64,000 bases of DNA from Reyranella sp. (GTDB lineage Bacteria > Pseudomonadota > Alphaproteobacteria > Reyranellales > Reyranellaceae). The stretch's first letter is position 1. Each line of letters starts with the position of its first letter. The DNA is taken from positions 8,645 to 72,644 of the forward strand of contig JAQSDW010000202.1 of the NCBI GenBank assembly GCA_029946105.1, in the 5' to 3' direction. The notes under the pieces were generated by a model. It saw only the letters and a list, made by a program, of their open reading frames with translations, was not told where the DNA came from and did not search any database. Positions 27,185 to 36,700 of the stretch are shown one piece after another. Position numbers and translations under genes: made by a program.

Positions 27185-27641
27185 CGCTCTTCACCTTGTA
27201 CGCTAGAGTGCCAAACTGCTTCGTCTGGACGTCCGGATAGAGCTGGACATCCAGCGTGCATCTTCCATCACGCCAAGACCAACGTTTTCCCGGGGGATGG
27301 TTCTCCTCCTGCGCAGGCGCGCCCAGCATCGCCCGAAGCTGGCCCTCGCTGGCGCCGACCAGTTCGATGGCGGGCGTGTCCCTTGGCGCGGTGCTGGCCT
27401 GCGAGGCGGCACCGCCGCCTGTGACCGAAGGTTCGGAGGGCGTGGACGACGACACCGGCTTGCCTCCCCCTTTGGGGCTCGCTTGAACCGGCGTTTGGGA
27501 CACCTTGCGCGCCTGCGCCGGTGCGGGTTGGGGCGATGTCAGCCGGGCGAAATCGTCACGCGCACTGCGAGCAACTTCGCATCCCGACAAGAGCAGCAGT
27601 CCCAGCCCCACGGTCTGCTTCATCAGGTCCCTGATCTTCAT
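27063..27641 (-). CDS. Hypothetical lipoprotein; 3' end overlaps the response regulator
   Basis: Lipobox LLLSGC, P/S/A-rich linker, LGAP...WSWRDGRCTLDVQLYPD. Confidence 0.7.
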   Translation of the reverse strand: MKIRDLMKQTVGLGLLLLSGCEVARSARDDFARLTSPQPAPAQARKVSQTPVQASPKGGGKPVSSSTPSEPSVTGGGAASQASTAPRDTPAIELVGASEGQLRAMLGAPAQEENHPPGKRWSWRDGRCTLDVQLYPDVQTKQFGTLAYKVKSDDNTDEGQRLCLAQLQTRLQTRRKQRRGAARSPRLRRGRR

Positions 27642-27808
27642 TCCGTTTCCGCAAGTGCGTTCCGAAAACGCTAGAGCCACTATGTGGCGGCTTTCGGGCC
27701 ACAGACTGACCACGAAAACGTCACAGCAAGGGTGCGGTTCCGCGCATTCTCACGTCTTGTTGCGTCTGCACGGCCGCCGCGCAAGCGGGACCGTCCGGCC
27801 CTCGGCGT

Positions 27809-27826
27809 GGTCACAGCCTGGTCACA
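27809..27826 (+). repeat. GGTCACA direct-repeat pair (11-bp period) upstream of the tRNA
   Basis: TGGTCACAGCCTGGTCACAG read directly. Confidence 0.5.
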
Positions 27827-27971
27827 GTTGCGCGCCGTCTCGGTGCTGTGATCGCCGGCATTCAAGTGGGCACTGGCGCATCCCATGAACAGACGCGAGC
27901 AAAGTCCCTTGCTCGGCTCACTTTCAAAGGGTGCAGACGTCATATGGATCGAATGCTATATCCGCCTCCAC

Positions 27972-28048
27972 GTCCCCGTAGCTCAGCCGGATAGAGCAGC
28001 GGTTTCCTAAACCGGAGGTCGGAGGTTCGAATCCTCTCGGGGACGCCA
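27972..28048 (+). tRNA. tRNA-Arg, anticodon CCT
   Basis: Cloverleaf: acceptor GTCCCCG/CGGGGAC, D-arm GCTC/GAGC, loop TTCCTAA, T-loop TTCGAAT, encoded CCA; 77 nt. Confidence 0.95.
28032..28048 (+). repeat. attL core (tRNA 3' end), TCCTCTCGGGGACGCCA
   Basis: Exact 17-bp match at 43101-43117. Confidence 0.9.
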
Positions 28049-28440
28049 CTCCTGGGCAAAGGAGAGAACTTCCGGCAAAGACTTTGACGGGCCGGTTTGT
28101 GTGAGTTTGCCCAGGATGACGGGCGGGCCTTCCAGGTGCACGGTGTGGTGGTCCACGGTCACGGAATCGAGGATCAACCGCATGTAGCTGACGCAGCGCA
28201 GGCGGCCCTTCGGCCAAGCACATCTGCATTGCCATCGAGAGCGCCCTCCGTTTGTCTGGGGGTGATCGTGGCCTGCCCTGTCTGGACGCTGAGCTGTAGA
28301 CGCTCAATATCCCGGTCTAACTCGGCCTTCTGCATCCGCAGCGCCACCAGGCGGTCACAAAGGGTCGGGTTGTCCGGCTGTATGGCTCCAGACTGAACCA
28401 GTGCCGGAAGCCGCCCAAGGGCTGCCTCCAAACCGCCACG
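28049..28440 (-). pseudogene. Frameshifted C-terminal remnant of a large serine recombinase
   Basis: Pieces in three frames: LGRL.ALVQSG...LCDRLVALRMQKAELDRDIERL / LAEGPPALRQ / YMRLILDSVTV...VLSFAQEWRP running into the tRNA complement. Confidence 0.7.
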
Positions 28441-28762
28441 AGCGTCACGGGCCTGCCAGAGCTTCGCTCGCGCCCCAAGCGCCGATCCGGTGCGGGCTTT
28501 GAGGACAGTGCTGGCAAAAGGCTAGAACAGTCATTGGCGAGGGCGAGCATTAATAGCAAAGAATTGCGCCATTGATTGCGCCACGTGTTGGTTGATACTG
28601 AAGAGCTGCGCGATGAGTTCGCCAAGAAACTCAGGTGAAAAGCGACTGCTCTTCAGGATAGCGACGCCTGCGGCACATCAACCAAATATTGGATGTTCCT
28701 TGGATCAATAGCCCTTTGCGTGCCTGCGGACACGACGAAGATTTGACGCCGTCTGCTGGGAT

Positions 28763-29971
28763 CTACCGTGGTGCAGGGATCGCCGTCGGCGGCTTCAAAC
28801 AAAGGATCGGCGCGAAGTGAAGCGCAAAGCCCAGGAATGCTGCGGACCAGGCAATGGCCGCAACGTACAGAAGCCCTTCGCTCCAGTCTGGCTCCAGCAC
28901 GGCGCAAATGCGAGCGAGCGCCGCGATTGCTGCCGATGCATAGACCGCCTGCAGGAGAGGCGAGGCGACAAGTGCTCGGCCAGCGTGGCCGAGGCTGGCT
29001 CGGCTCATGACAGCGAGCGTCATCAGGCCGATCGCGCCTGCTGCCCAGGCATGGATACCGGCACTAGGCGCCACGAGGCCGAAAGCGGACAGTCCGCCCA
29101 GCAAAAAGCCGAGCGGTACAAAGGCATAGCCAAGGTGCAGGACCAGCACGAGACGATCAGAGAAGGTGCGATAGCCTGCCCAACGACCGAGTCGCACGAA
29201 ATTGAGCGCGGCCGCCGCGGATAGTGCCACGCCTGTGAGAAGCCCTTCGGGTACGACGACCCAAAGCGCGAGGCCGGCACCACTCAGCGCCAGGCAGAAG
29301 AGATCGAAGTCGTCGAACGGCGTGGGCAGGCGACCGGATACGCGCCGCATCAGCCAGTTCCGCGTGAAGCTGGGAATGATACGGCCTCCGATCACCATGA
29401 TCAGCACCAAGACGGCGCCGATGCCTAACCGCGTCGAGTAGACAGCGAGACCTTCAAAATGTGCCTCGAGGTGGAAACCGAGGTTACCCGCGGCCAGCAA
29501 ACAGAGCAGTGCCACGATCTTGAGATTGCGCCAGTTCCGGCCGGCGACTATCTCACGAGCAACCGCGGCGGCCATGAGTACCAGGAAGGCGCAATCTACC
29601 AGGGCCGATCCGAGCCAGCCGATATTGGCGGACAGGGTGACGGCATAGCGGCCCGCGAGCCAGACCAGCACCAGGCCCGCCAACGGCAATCCCTGAAGTG
29701 GAAGGCGCCCGGTCCAGTTGGGGATAGCCGTCAGCAGGAAGCCCGCGACAATAGCCGGCACATAGCCGAACAGTAGCTCGTGGACATGCCAGTCGCGCGG
29801 CGCGAAGGCGGTAGCGACCGACAACTCGCCGTAGAACATCGGCAGCCACGCGAGAACCTCGATGCCGGCCCAGATCGAGCCCAGCAGAAAGAAGGGGCGG
29901 AAGCCGTAGGACAGCAGAATGGGACCGGCATAGGGTTTGAGACGGGGAATTGCGGCCATGGTCGGCATCAT
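28763..29971 (-). CDS. nnrS: NnrS family haem-copper membrane protein
   Basis: SYGFRPFFL, WHVHELLFGY, GFLLTA.PNWT, GGRIIPSFTRNW, SRASLGH.GR. Confidence 0.93.
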   Translation of the reverse strand: MMPTMAAIPRLKPYAGPILLSYGFRPFFLLGSIWAGIEVLAWLPMFYGELSVATAFAPRDWHVHELLFGYVPAIVAGFLLTAIPNWTGRLPLQGLPLAGLVLVWLAGRYAVTLSANIGWLGSALVDCAFLVLMAAAVAREIVAGRNWRNLKIVALLCLLAAGNLGFHLEAHFEGLAVYSTRLGIGAVLVLIMVIGGRIIPSFTRNWLMRRVSGRLPTPFDDFDLFCLALSGAGLALWVVVPEGLLTGVALSAAAALNFVRLGRWAGYRTFSDRLVLVLHLGYAFVPLGFLLGGLSAFGLVAPSAGIHAWAAGAIGLMTLAVMSRASLGHAGRALVASPLLQAVYASAAIAALARICAVLEPDWSEGLLYVAAIAWSAAFLGFALHFAPILCLKPPTAIPAPR

Positions 29972-29994
29972 TGCTGCGCAGACGATAGCCGGTC

Positions 29995-30008
29995 TTGATT
30001 TGGCACAA
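29995..30008. promoter_or_regulatory. FNR/NnrR-type box upstream of nnrS
   Basis: TTGAT-TTGG-CACAA versus consensus TTGAT-N4-ATCAA. Confidence 0.6.
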
Positions 30009-30024
30009 ACTGTCCTCGACTGCC

Positions 30025-30714
30025 CTAGGTGGCGCGCAAGGCGCGGGCACCTGCGAATTCACGCAGACGTGTCGGATCTACGATTGTCACCTGGCGGCTT
30101 CCACCACTAACGCCGAGAGGACGTAGCGCGGCGAAGGCGCGAGACAGGCTTTGGGGCGTGATGCCGAGCCGACCTGCAACAAGGCGCCGACCGCCGGGGA
30201 GGGTTACGCTGATGGGGCCGGTCTCGCGCGGCGCTAAAGCGAGGAGGAAGGCCGAAAGCCTCTCGATTGCCGAGAGCAGCTTCAGATCCTTGATCTGTCC
30301 AATTAGAGTACGCCAGTAGCCGGACAGCAGCAGCACCGCTCCGTATGCCAATGACCCCGTGGCCCGCACCTGGGCGCGGAACGCCGCGGCCGGCCACATC
30401 AAAATGCGCCCCTCGTCGAGCAATCGCGCGGTCAGCAAGTAGGGCGCATCCAGTACCACTGCCGGCACGATGAATGCGTCGCCAGGTCCAAAAAACTCCA
30501 CCAACGTCTCTTCTTGGCCGGCCGAACCGAACAATCCGACGCGACCAGACAGAACAATATGGAGGAACTCCGCTTTTTCACCCTGTCGGCAGAGGATTGC
30601 GCCCTCAGGCAATGTTTGGACGAAGCAAGCCGTCAGCATAGCCGCAAGGTCGGGCTCGCCAACTTGGGCGAACAATCGTGAGCGACGGATCAGCGGCATG
30701 TCGGTTGTGCGCAT
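30025..30714 (-). CDS. Crp/Fnr family regulator (NarR/NnrR/FtrB-like, no Fe-S cysteine cluster)
   Basis: cNMP-like domain (QGEKAEFLHIVLSG.V.L), HTH (VAGRLGITPQSLSRAF); divergent from narK. Confidence 0.88.
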   Translation of the reverse strand: MRTTDMPLIRRSRLFAQVGEPDLAAMLTACFVQTLPEGAILCRQGEKAEFLHIVLSGRVGLFGSAGQEETLVEFFGPGDAFIVPAVVLDAPYLLTARLLDEGRILMWPAAAFRAQVRATGSLAYGAVLLLSGYWRTLIGQIKDLKLLSAIERLSAFLLALAPRETGPISVTLPGGRRLVAGRLGITPQSLSRAFAALRPLGVSGGSRQVTIVDPTRLREFAGARALRAT

Positions 30715-30770
30715 AACTAGCTTTACCTTCTCGCTTCAAACATCGATGCGCCATTCAAAGGCAAAGCTCG

Positions 30771-30784
30771 TTGATATGGCGCAA
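30771..30784. promoter_or_regulatory. FNR-type box upstream of the Crp/Fnr gene
   Basis: TTGAT-ATGG-CGCAA. Confidence 0.55.
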
Positions 30785-30874
30785 TCGCGGATCCGCGAAA
30801 TCTTACCAAATGGTAACGGATACCATTCGCAAAAGAGAACAAACAGCCGAAGATTCTTGGTGCCGGCGTCGGGC

Positions 30875-30888
30875 TTGATTCACGTCAA
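30875..30888. promoter_or_regulatory. FNR box upstream of narK-narG
   Basis: TTGAT-TCAC-GTCAA, one mismatch to consensus, 67 bp before the narK ATG. Confidence 0.75.
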
Positions 30889-30955
30889 GTAATCCGATGC
30901 GGGCTGCTCCGATGTTCCATCTGTGCCAGCGAGCGGCACAACGAGGGAGCGTCCG

Positions 30956-33703
30956 ATGCAGCGACCGACGATTGTCCAAGAGAGGACTCCAGAAGGACGG
31001 AGCATAGCGCTCGGCATGAGCACCCTCGCATTCACGGTCTGCTTTGCCGTGTGGACGATCTTTTCCATCATCGGCATCCAGATCAAGAAGGACCTCGGAC
31101 TCACCGACACGCAGTTCGGTCTGCTGGTGGGAACGCCGATCCTGACCGGCTCACTGATCCGCCTCATTCTCGGCATATGGGCCGACCAGTACGGCGGCCG
31201 CGTCGTCTACGTCGGCGTGATGATCGCCGCGGCAGTGGCGACCTGGCTGCTCACTTTCGCCTACGACTATCCGACGTTCCTCCTGGCCGCGCTCGGCGTC
31301 GGCATCGCCGGCGGCTCGTTCGCGGTCGGCATCTCCTATGTTTCCCGCTGGTACGGGCCGGGCAAGCAGGGCACGGCGCTTGGCATCTTCGGCGCCGGCA
31401 ACGTCGGGGCCGCAGTGACCAAGTTCGTGGCGCCCTTCGTCATGGTGGCCTACGGCTGGAAAGCTGTTGCCGATGTGTGGGCTTTGGCGCTGGTCGCCAT
31501 CGCGGTGCTGTTCTGGTTCACCACCAAGGACGACCCCGAGCTCGCGGCGCGGCGCAAGTCGGGCGCCAAGCCCGAACCGATGTCGGCCATGCTCGAGCCG
31601 CTGCGCAACATCCAGGTGTGGCGCTTCGCCCTCTACTATTTCTTCGTCTTCGGCGGTTTCGTGGCGCTGGCACTGTGGCTGCCGCGTTATCTGATCGGCG
31701 TCTACGGTCTGGACATCACGACAGCGGGCATGATCGGTGCCGCCTACTCGGTGCCGGCCAGCCTGTTTCGCATCTACGGCGGCATCCTGTCGGACAAGGT
31801 CGGTGCCCGGCGTGTGATGTATTGGACGTTCGGCGTCTCGGTCGCAGCCTGCTTCGTGATGTCCTATCCGCCGACGCAGTATGTCGTGAAGGGCATCACC
31901 GGACCGATCGCCTTCACGCTGGAGATGGGACTGGTTCCCTTCACCGTCGTGGCCTTCGTGCTCGGCTTCTTCATGAGCTTGGGCAAGGCCGCGGTCTACA
32001 AGCACATCCCGGTCTACTACCCCAAGCATGTCGGCGCCGTGGGCGGCGTCGTCGGCCTGGTCGGTGGGTTGGGCGGCTTCGTGCTGCCGATTGCCTTCGG
32101 CGCCCTGAACGACCTGACCGGTATCTGGACGAGCTGCTTCATGCTCATGTTCCTCGTCGCCGCCATCTCGCTGGTGTGGATGCATGTGTCGATCCGCACC
32201 ATGGAGCGCAACGTGGCCGGAGAGGCGTTGGCCAGGCTACCCGAACTGCCCGAAATGCAGGAAATCCACGGGCCGGAGCATGTCGGCAAGCTCTCCGGCA
32301 AGGTCCTCGAGGATTGGCGCCCGGAAGACAAGACGTTCTGGGAGCAGACGGGCCGCAAGATCGCCGCGCGCAATCTCGCGATCTCCATTCCGGCCCTGCT
32401 GCTCTCGTTCGCCGTCTGGATGGTGTGGTCGGTCGTGGTCGCCAAGCTGCCCTCGATCGGCTTCCGCTATACGACCGACCAGCTCTTCTGGCTGGCATCG
32501 TTGCCGGGCGTTACCGGTGCCACGCTGCGGATCTTCTACTCCTTCACCGTGCCCATCTTCGGCGGACGGTTGTGGACGACGCTGGCGACCTGGTCGCTGA
32601 TGATCCCGGCGGTTGGCATCGGCTACGCGGTGCAGAACCCCGCGACGCCCTACTGGATCTTCCTGTTCCTGGCGCTGCTGTGCGGCTTCGGCGGCGGCAA
32701 CTTCGCCTCGTCGATGTCCAACATCTCCTTCTTCTTCCCCAAGGCGGAGAAGGGCAATGCCCTGGCGCTGAACGCCGGCCTCGGGAATCTCGGTGTTAGT
32801 GTCGTGCAGTTCGTCGTGCCGATGGTCATCACCGCCGGGGTGTTCGGCTGGCTGGGGGGCGATCCGCAGGTCGTGAAGGATGCCGGCGGCGGCAAGATGT
32901 GGCTGCAGAATGCGGGCTTCATCTGGGTGCCGTTCATCGCGATCTCGGCTTTCGCCGCCTGGTTCGGCATGAACGACATCGCCTCGGCCAAGGCCTCGTT
33001 CGCCGAGCAGTCAGTGATCTTCCAGCGCCGGCACAATTGGATCATGTGCTGGCTCTACACCGGCACCTTCGGGTCCTTCATCGGCTACTCGGCGGGCTTC
33101 CCGCTACTCGCCAAGACGCAGTTTCCCGAGATCAATGCGCTCCAGTACGCGTTCCTGGGGCCGTTGCTCGGTGCCTTGTCGCGTTCCCTCACCGGCTGGA
33201 TTGCCGATCGCTGGGGCGGCGGCCGCGTCACCTTCTGGGTGTTCGTCGTCATGGCTTTGGGCGCCCTGGGTGTCGTGCACTTCCTGGAAGAGAAGAACTT
33301 CGCCGGCTTCTTCGCGATGTTCCTGCTGCTGTTCCTGGCCAGCGGTGTGGGCAACGCTTCGACCTTCCAGATGATCCCCGCGATCATGCGCAAGGACATG
33401 GACCGGCTGATGCCCGGGGCATCGGCGGACACGAGGCGCATGCAGTCCGACAAGGAGTCGGCGGCGATCATCGGCTTCACGTCGGCCATCGCGGCCTATG
33501 GCGCGTTCTTCATTCCCAAGAGTTTCGGCTCCTCGATCGCCATGACTGGTGGCGCATCGCTCGCGCTCTACGGGTTCCTCGCTTTCTACCTGAGCTGCAT
33601 CGCCATCACCTGGTTCTTCTACACCCGCAGGGGTGGCCTGCTGTTCGACATCGAACGCGGCCGTGCGTCTGTCTCCGCACCATCAATCAGTCCTGCTCGC
33701 TGA
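30956..33703 (+). CDS. narK: Fused double-MFS nitrate/nitrite transporter (NarK1-NarK2 type)
   Basis: 915 aa, two MFS units with nitrate signatures (GIAGGSFAVG; CGFGGGNFASSMSNISFFFP). Confidence 0.92.
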   Translation: MQRPTIVQERTPEGRSIALGMSTLAFTVCFAVWTIFSIIGIQIKKDLGLTDTQFGLLVGTPILTGSLIRLILGIWADQYGGRVVYVGVMIAAAVATWLLTFAYDYPTFLLAALGVGIAGGSFAVGISYVSRWYGPGKQGTALGIFGAGNVGAAVTKFVAPFVMVAYGWKAVADVWALALVAIAVLFWFTTKDDPELAARRKSGAKPEPMSAMLEPLRNIQVWRFALYYFFVFGGFVALALWLPRYLIGVYGLDITTAGMIGAAYSVPASLFRIYGGILSDKVGARRVMYWTFGVSVAACFVMSYPPTQYVVKGITGPIAFTLEMGLVPFTVVAFVLGFFMSLGKAAVYKHIPVYYPKHVGAVGGVVGLVGGLGGFVLPIAFGALNDLTGIWTSCFMLMFLVAAISLVWMHVSIRTMERNVAGEALARLPELPEMQEIHGPEHVGKLSGKVLEDWRPEDKTFWEQTGRKIAARNLAISIPALLLSFAVWMVWSVVVAKLPSIGFRYTTDQLFWLASLPGVTGATLRIFYSFTVPIFGGRLWTTLATWSLMIPAVGIGYAVQNPATPYWIFLFLALLCGFGGGNFASSMSNISFFFPKAEKGNALALNAGLGNLGVSVVQFVVPMVITAGVFGWLGGDPQVVKDAGGGKMWLQNAGFIWVPFIAISAFAAWFGMNDIASAKASFAEQSVIFQRRHNWIMCWLYTGTFGSFIGYSAGFPLLAKTQFPEINALQYAFLGPLLGALSRSLTGWIADRWGGGRVTFWVFVVMALGALGVVHFLEEKNFAGFFAMFLLLFLASGVGNASTFQMIPAIMRKDMDRLMPGASADTRRMQSDKESAAIIGFTSAIAAYGAFFIPKSFGSSIAMTGGASLALYGFLAFYLSCIAITWFFYTRRGGLLFDIERGRASVSAPSISPAR

Positions 33704-33714
33704 AGGATACCATC

Positions 33715-36700
33715 ATGTCGCATTTCCTCGATCGGTTGACGTTCTTCAAGAAGGTCAGGGAGCCGTTCGCCGACGGCCACGGCATCACCACTGAGGAGAG
33801 CCGCGGTTGGGAGGACGCCTACCGGAAGCGCTGGCAGCACGACAAGATCGTGCGCTCGACGCACGGTGCCAACTGTACGGGCTCGTGCTCGTGGAAGATC
33901 TACGTCAAGGGCGGGATCGTCACCTGGGAGACCCAGCAGACCGACTATCCGCGGACGCGTCCCGAGCTGCCGAACCATGAGCCGCGCGGCTGCTCGCGCG
34001 GCGCGAGCTACAGCTGGTACCTTTATTCCGGCAATCGCGTGAAGTATCCGCTTGCCCGCTCGCGCCTGCTGCGGCTGTGGCGCGAGGCGCGCACCACCCT
34101 GACGCCGGTCGCCGCCTGGGCGTCGATCGTCGAGAACCCGGAGAAGCGCAAGGCCTACACCAGCAAGCGCGGGCACGGCGGCTTCGTCCGTGTCGGTTGG
34201 GACGAGGCGACCGAGATCGTGGCGGCGGCCAACGCATATACCGCAAAGACGCATGGGCCTGACCGGATCTTCGGCTTCTCGCCGATTCCCGCCATGTCGA
34301 TGGTCTCCTACGCCGCGGGCTCGCGCTATCTGTCGCTGATCGGCGGCGTCTGCATGTCGTTCTACGACTGGTATTGCGACCTGCCGCCGGCCTCGCCGCA
34401 GACCTGGGGTGAGCAGACCGACGTTCCTGAGTCGGCCGACTGGTATAACGCCGGCTTCGTGATCCTGTGGGGCTCGAATGTGCCGCAAACGCGCACGCCC
34501 GACGCCCACTTTTACACCGAGGCCCGCTATCGCGGCATGAAGAGCGCCGTGATCTGCCCCGACTATTCGGAGGCGTCGAAGTTCGGCGACATCTGGCTGT
34601 CGGTGAAGCAGGGCACCGACTCGGCGCTGGCCATGGCGATGGGCCACGTCATCCTGAAGGAATATCACGTCGATCGGCAGGCCAAGTACTTCCGTGATTA
34701 TGTGCGCCAGTACACCGACATGCCGATGCTGGTGAGGCTCGCCAAGCGCGACGGCATGTACGTGCCGGACCGCTTCGTCCGCGCGTCGGACTTCGACGCG
34801 TCGCTGGGCGAATCGAACAATCCCGAGTGGAAGACCGTTGCCTTCGACGAAATCTCGGGCGACGTCGTGGCGCCGCGCGGCTCGATCGGCTTCCGCTGGG
34901 GCGAGAGCGGCAAGTGGAATCTCGAGAACAAGGAGTCCTCGGGCAAGGACGTCGCGCTGCGGCTCTCTCTCGCCGATGTCCGGGACGAGGTGGTCGAGGT
35001 CGGCTTCCCCTATTTCGGCAACATCAAGCACGAGCATTTCGTCTCGACCGATCATGACGGCGTGCTCAAGCGGCGCGTGCCGGTGAAGTCGCTGAAACTC
35101 GTCGACGGCGAGACCTTCGTCGCCTCGGTCCATGACCTGTTCGTCGCCAACTATGGCGTCGATGCCGGGTTGGGCGGGCCCAATGTGGCCAAGTCGCTCG
35201 ACGATGACGTCCCCTATACGCCGGCGTGGGCCGAGAAGATCACCGGCGTCTCCAGGGACAAGATCATCCAGGTGGCGCGCGAGTTCGCGACCAACGCCGA
35301 GAAGACCAACGGCCGGTCGATGATCATCATCGGCGCGGCGATGAACCATTGGTACCACGCCGACATGAACTATCGCGGCGTGATCAACATGCTGGCGATG
35401 TGCGGCTGCGTCGGCCAGTCCGGCGGCGGCTGGGCGCACTACGTGGGCCAGGAGAAGCTCCGGCCGCAGTCGGGTTGGTTGCCGCTCGCCTTTGCCCTCG
35501 ATTGGGGCCGTCCGCCGCGGCAGCAGAACTCGACGTCGTCGTTCTACGCGCACAGCGACCAATGGCGCTACGAAACGATCAACGTCGGCGACATCGTCTC
35601 GCCGACCGCGCCTCCGGGAAAATGGGACGGCGCGATCATCGACTACAACATCCGGGCCGAGCGCATGGGCTGGTTGCCGTCCGCGCCGCAGCTCGAGACC
35701 AACCCGCTGCAGGTGGCGCGCGATGCCGCCGGCGCCGGCATGGAGGCCAAGGACTACGTCGTGCAGAAGCTCAAGAGCGGTGAGCTTAAGCTCTCCTGCG
35801 AGGATCCCGACGATCCGAAGAACTGGCCGCGCAACATGTTCGTGTGGCGCTCCAATCTTCTCGGCTCCTCGGGTAAAGGGCACGAATATCTTCTGAAGCA
35901 CCTGCTCGGCACGACGCATGGCGTCATGGGCAAGGACCTCGGGCAGGAGGGCAAGGCGAAACCGGCGGAGGCCGTGTGGCACGAGGAGGCACCGCAGGGA
36001 AAGCTCGACCTGCTGGTGACGCTCGACTTCCGCATGTCCACGACCTGTGTCTACTCCGACATCGTCCTTCCGACCGCCACTTGGTACGAGAAGAACGATC
36101 TCAACACCTCCGACATGCACCCTTTCATCCATCCGCTGACGGCCGCGGTGGATCCTGTCTGGGAATCGCGCAGCGATTGGGAGATCTACAAGTCGATCGC
36201 CAAGGCGTTTTCGCGCGTCGCACCCGAAGTCCTGGGCGTCGAGAAGGATGTCGTGCTGACGCCGATCATGCACGACAGCCCGGGCGAGATGGCGCAGCCA
36301 TTCGACGTCAAGGACTGGAAGCGTGGCGAGGTCGAACCGATCCCCGGCAAGACCATGCCGGCCATTACTGTCGTCGAACGCGACTATCCCAACGTCTACA
36401 AGCGTTTCACGTCGCTCGGACCGTTGATGGAGAGGATCGGCAACGGCGTCAAAGGCATCGCCTGGCCCACAGGGCATGAGGTCGAGCTTCTGAAGAAGCT
36501 GAACGGCGTCGTCACGGCCGAGGGGCCGACCAAGGGGCTAGCGAGGATCGAGAGCGACATCGATGCCGCCGAAACCCTGTTGATGCTGGCGCCCGAGACC
36601 AACGGCGAGGTCGCCGTGCGGTCGTGGGCGGCGCTGTCCAAGATGACCGGCCTCGACCACACCCATCTCGCGCTGCCCAAGGAAGACGAGAAGATCCGCT

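Noticed and set aside
27998-28016. G-G mismatch at the top of the tRNA anticodon stem as a sign of a pseudo-tRNA
   Set aside because: Mismatches at the 27:43 pair are tolerated, and all other arms and the CCA end are intact.
28440-28760. Lower-GC stretch inside the island's left end, possibly a gene relic
   Set aside because: No frame gave a recognisable family by eye; a translated search would be needed.
32899-33714. Apparent 272-aa N-terminal extension of NarG (ORF 32899..37461)
   Set aside because: It overlaps narK in another frame and is low-complexity. The canonical NarG start MSHFLDRL, with an RBS, is at 33715.
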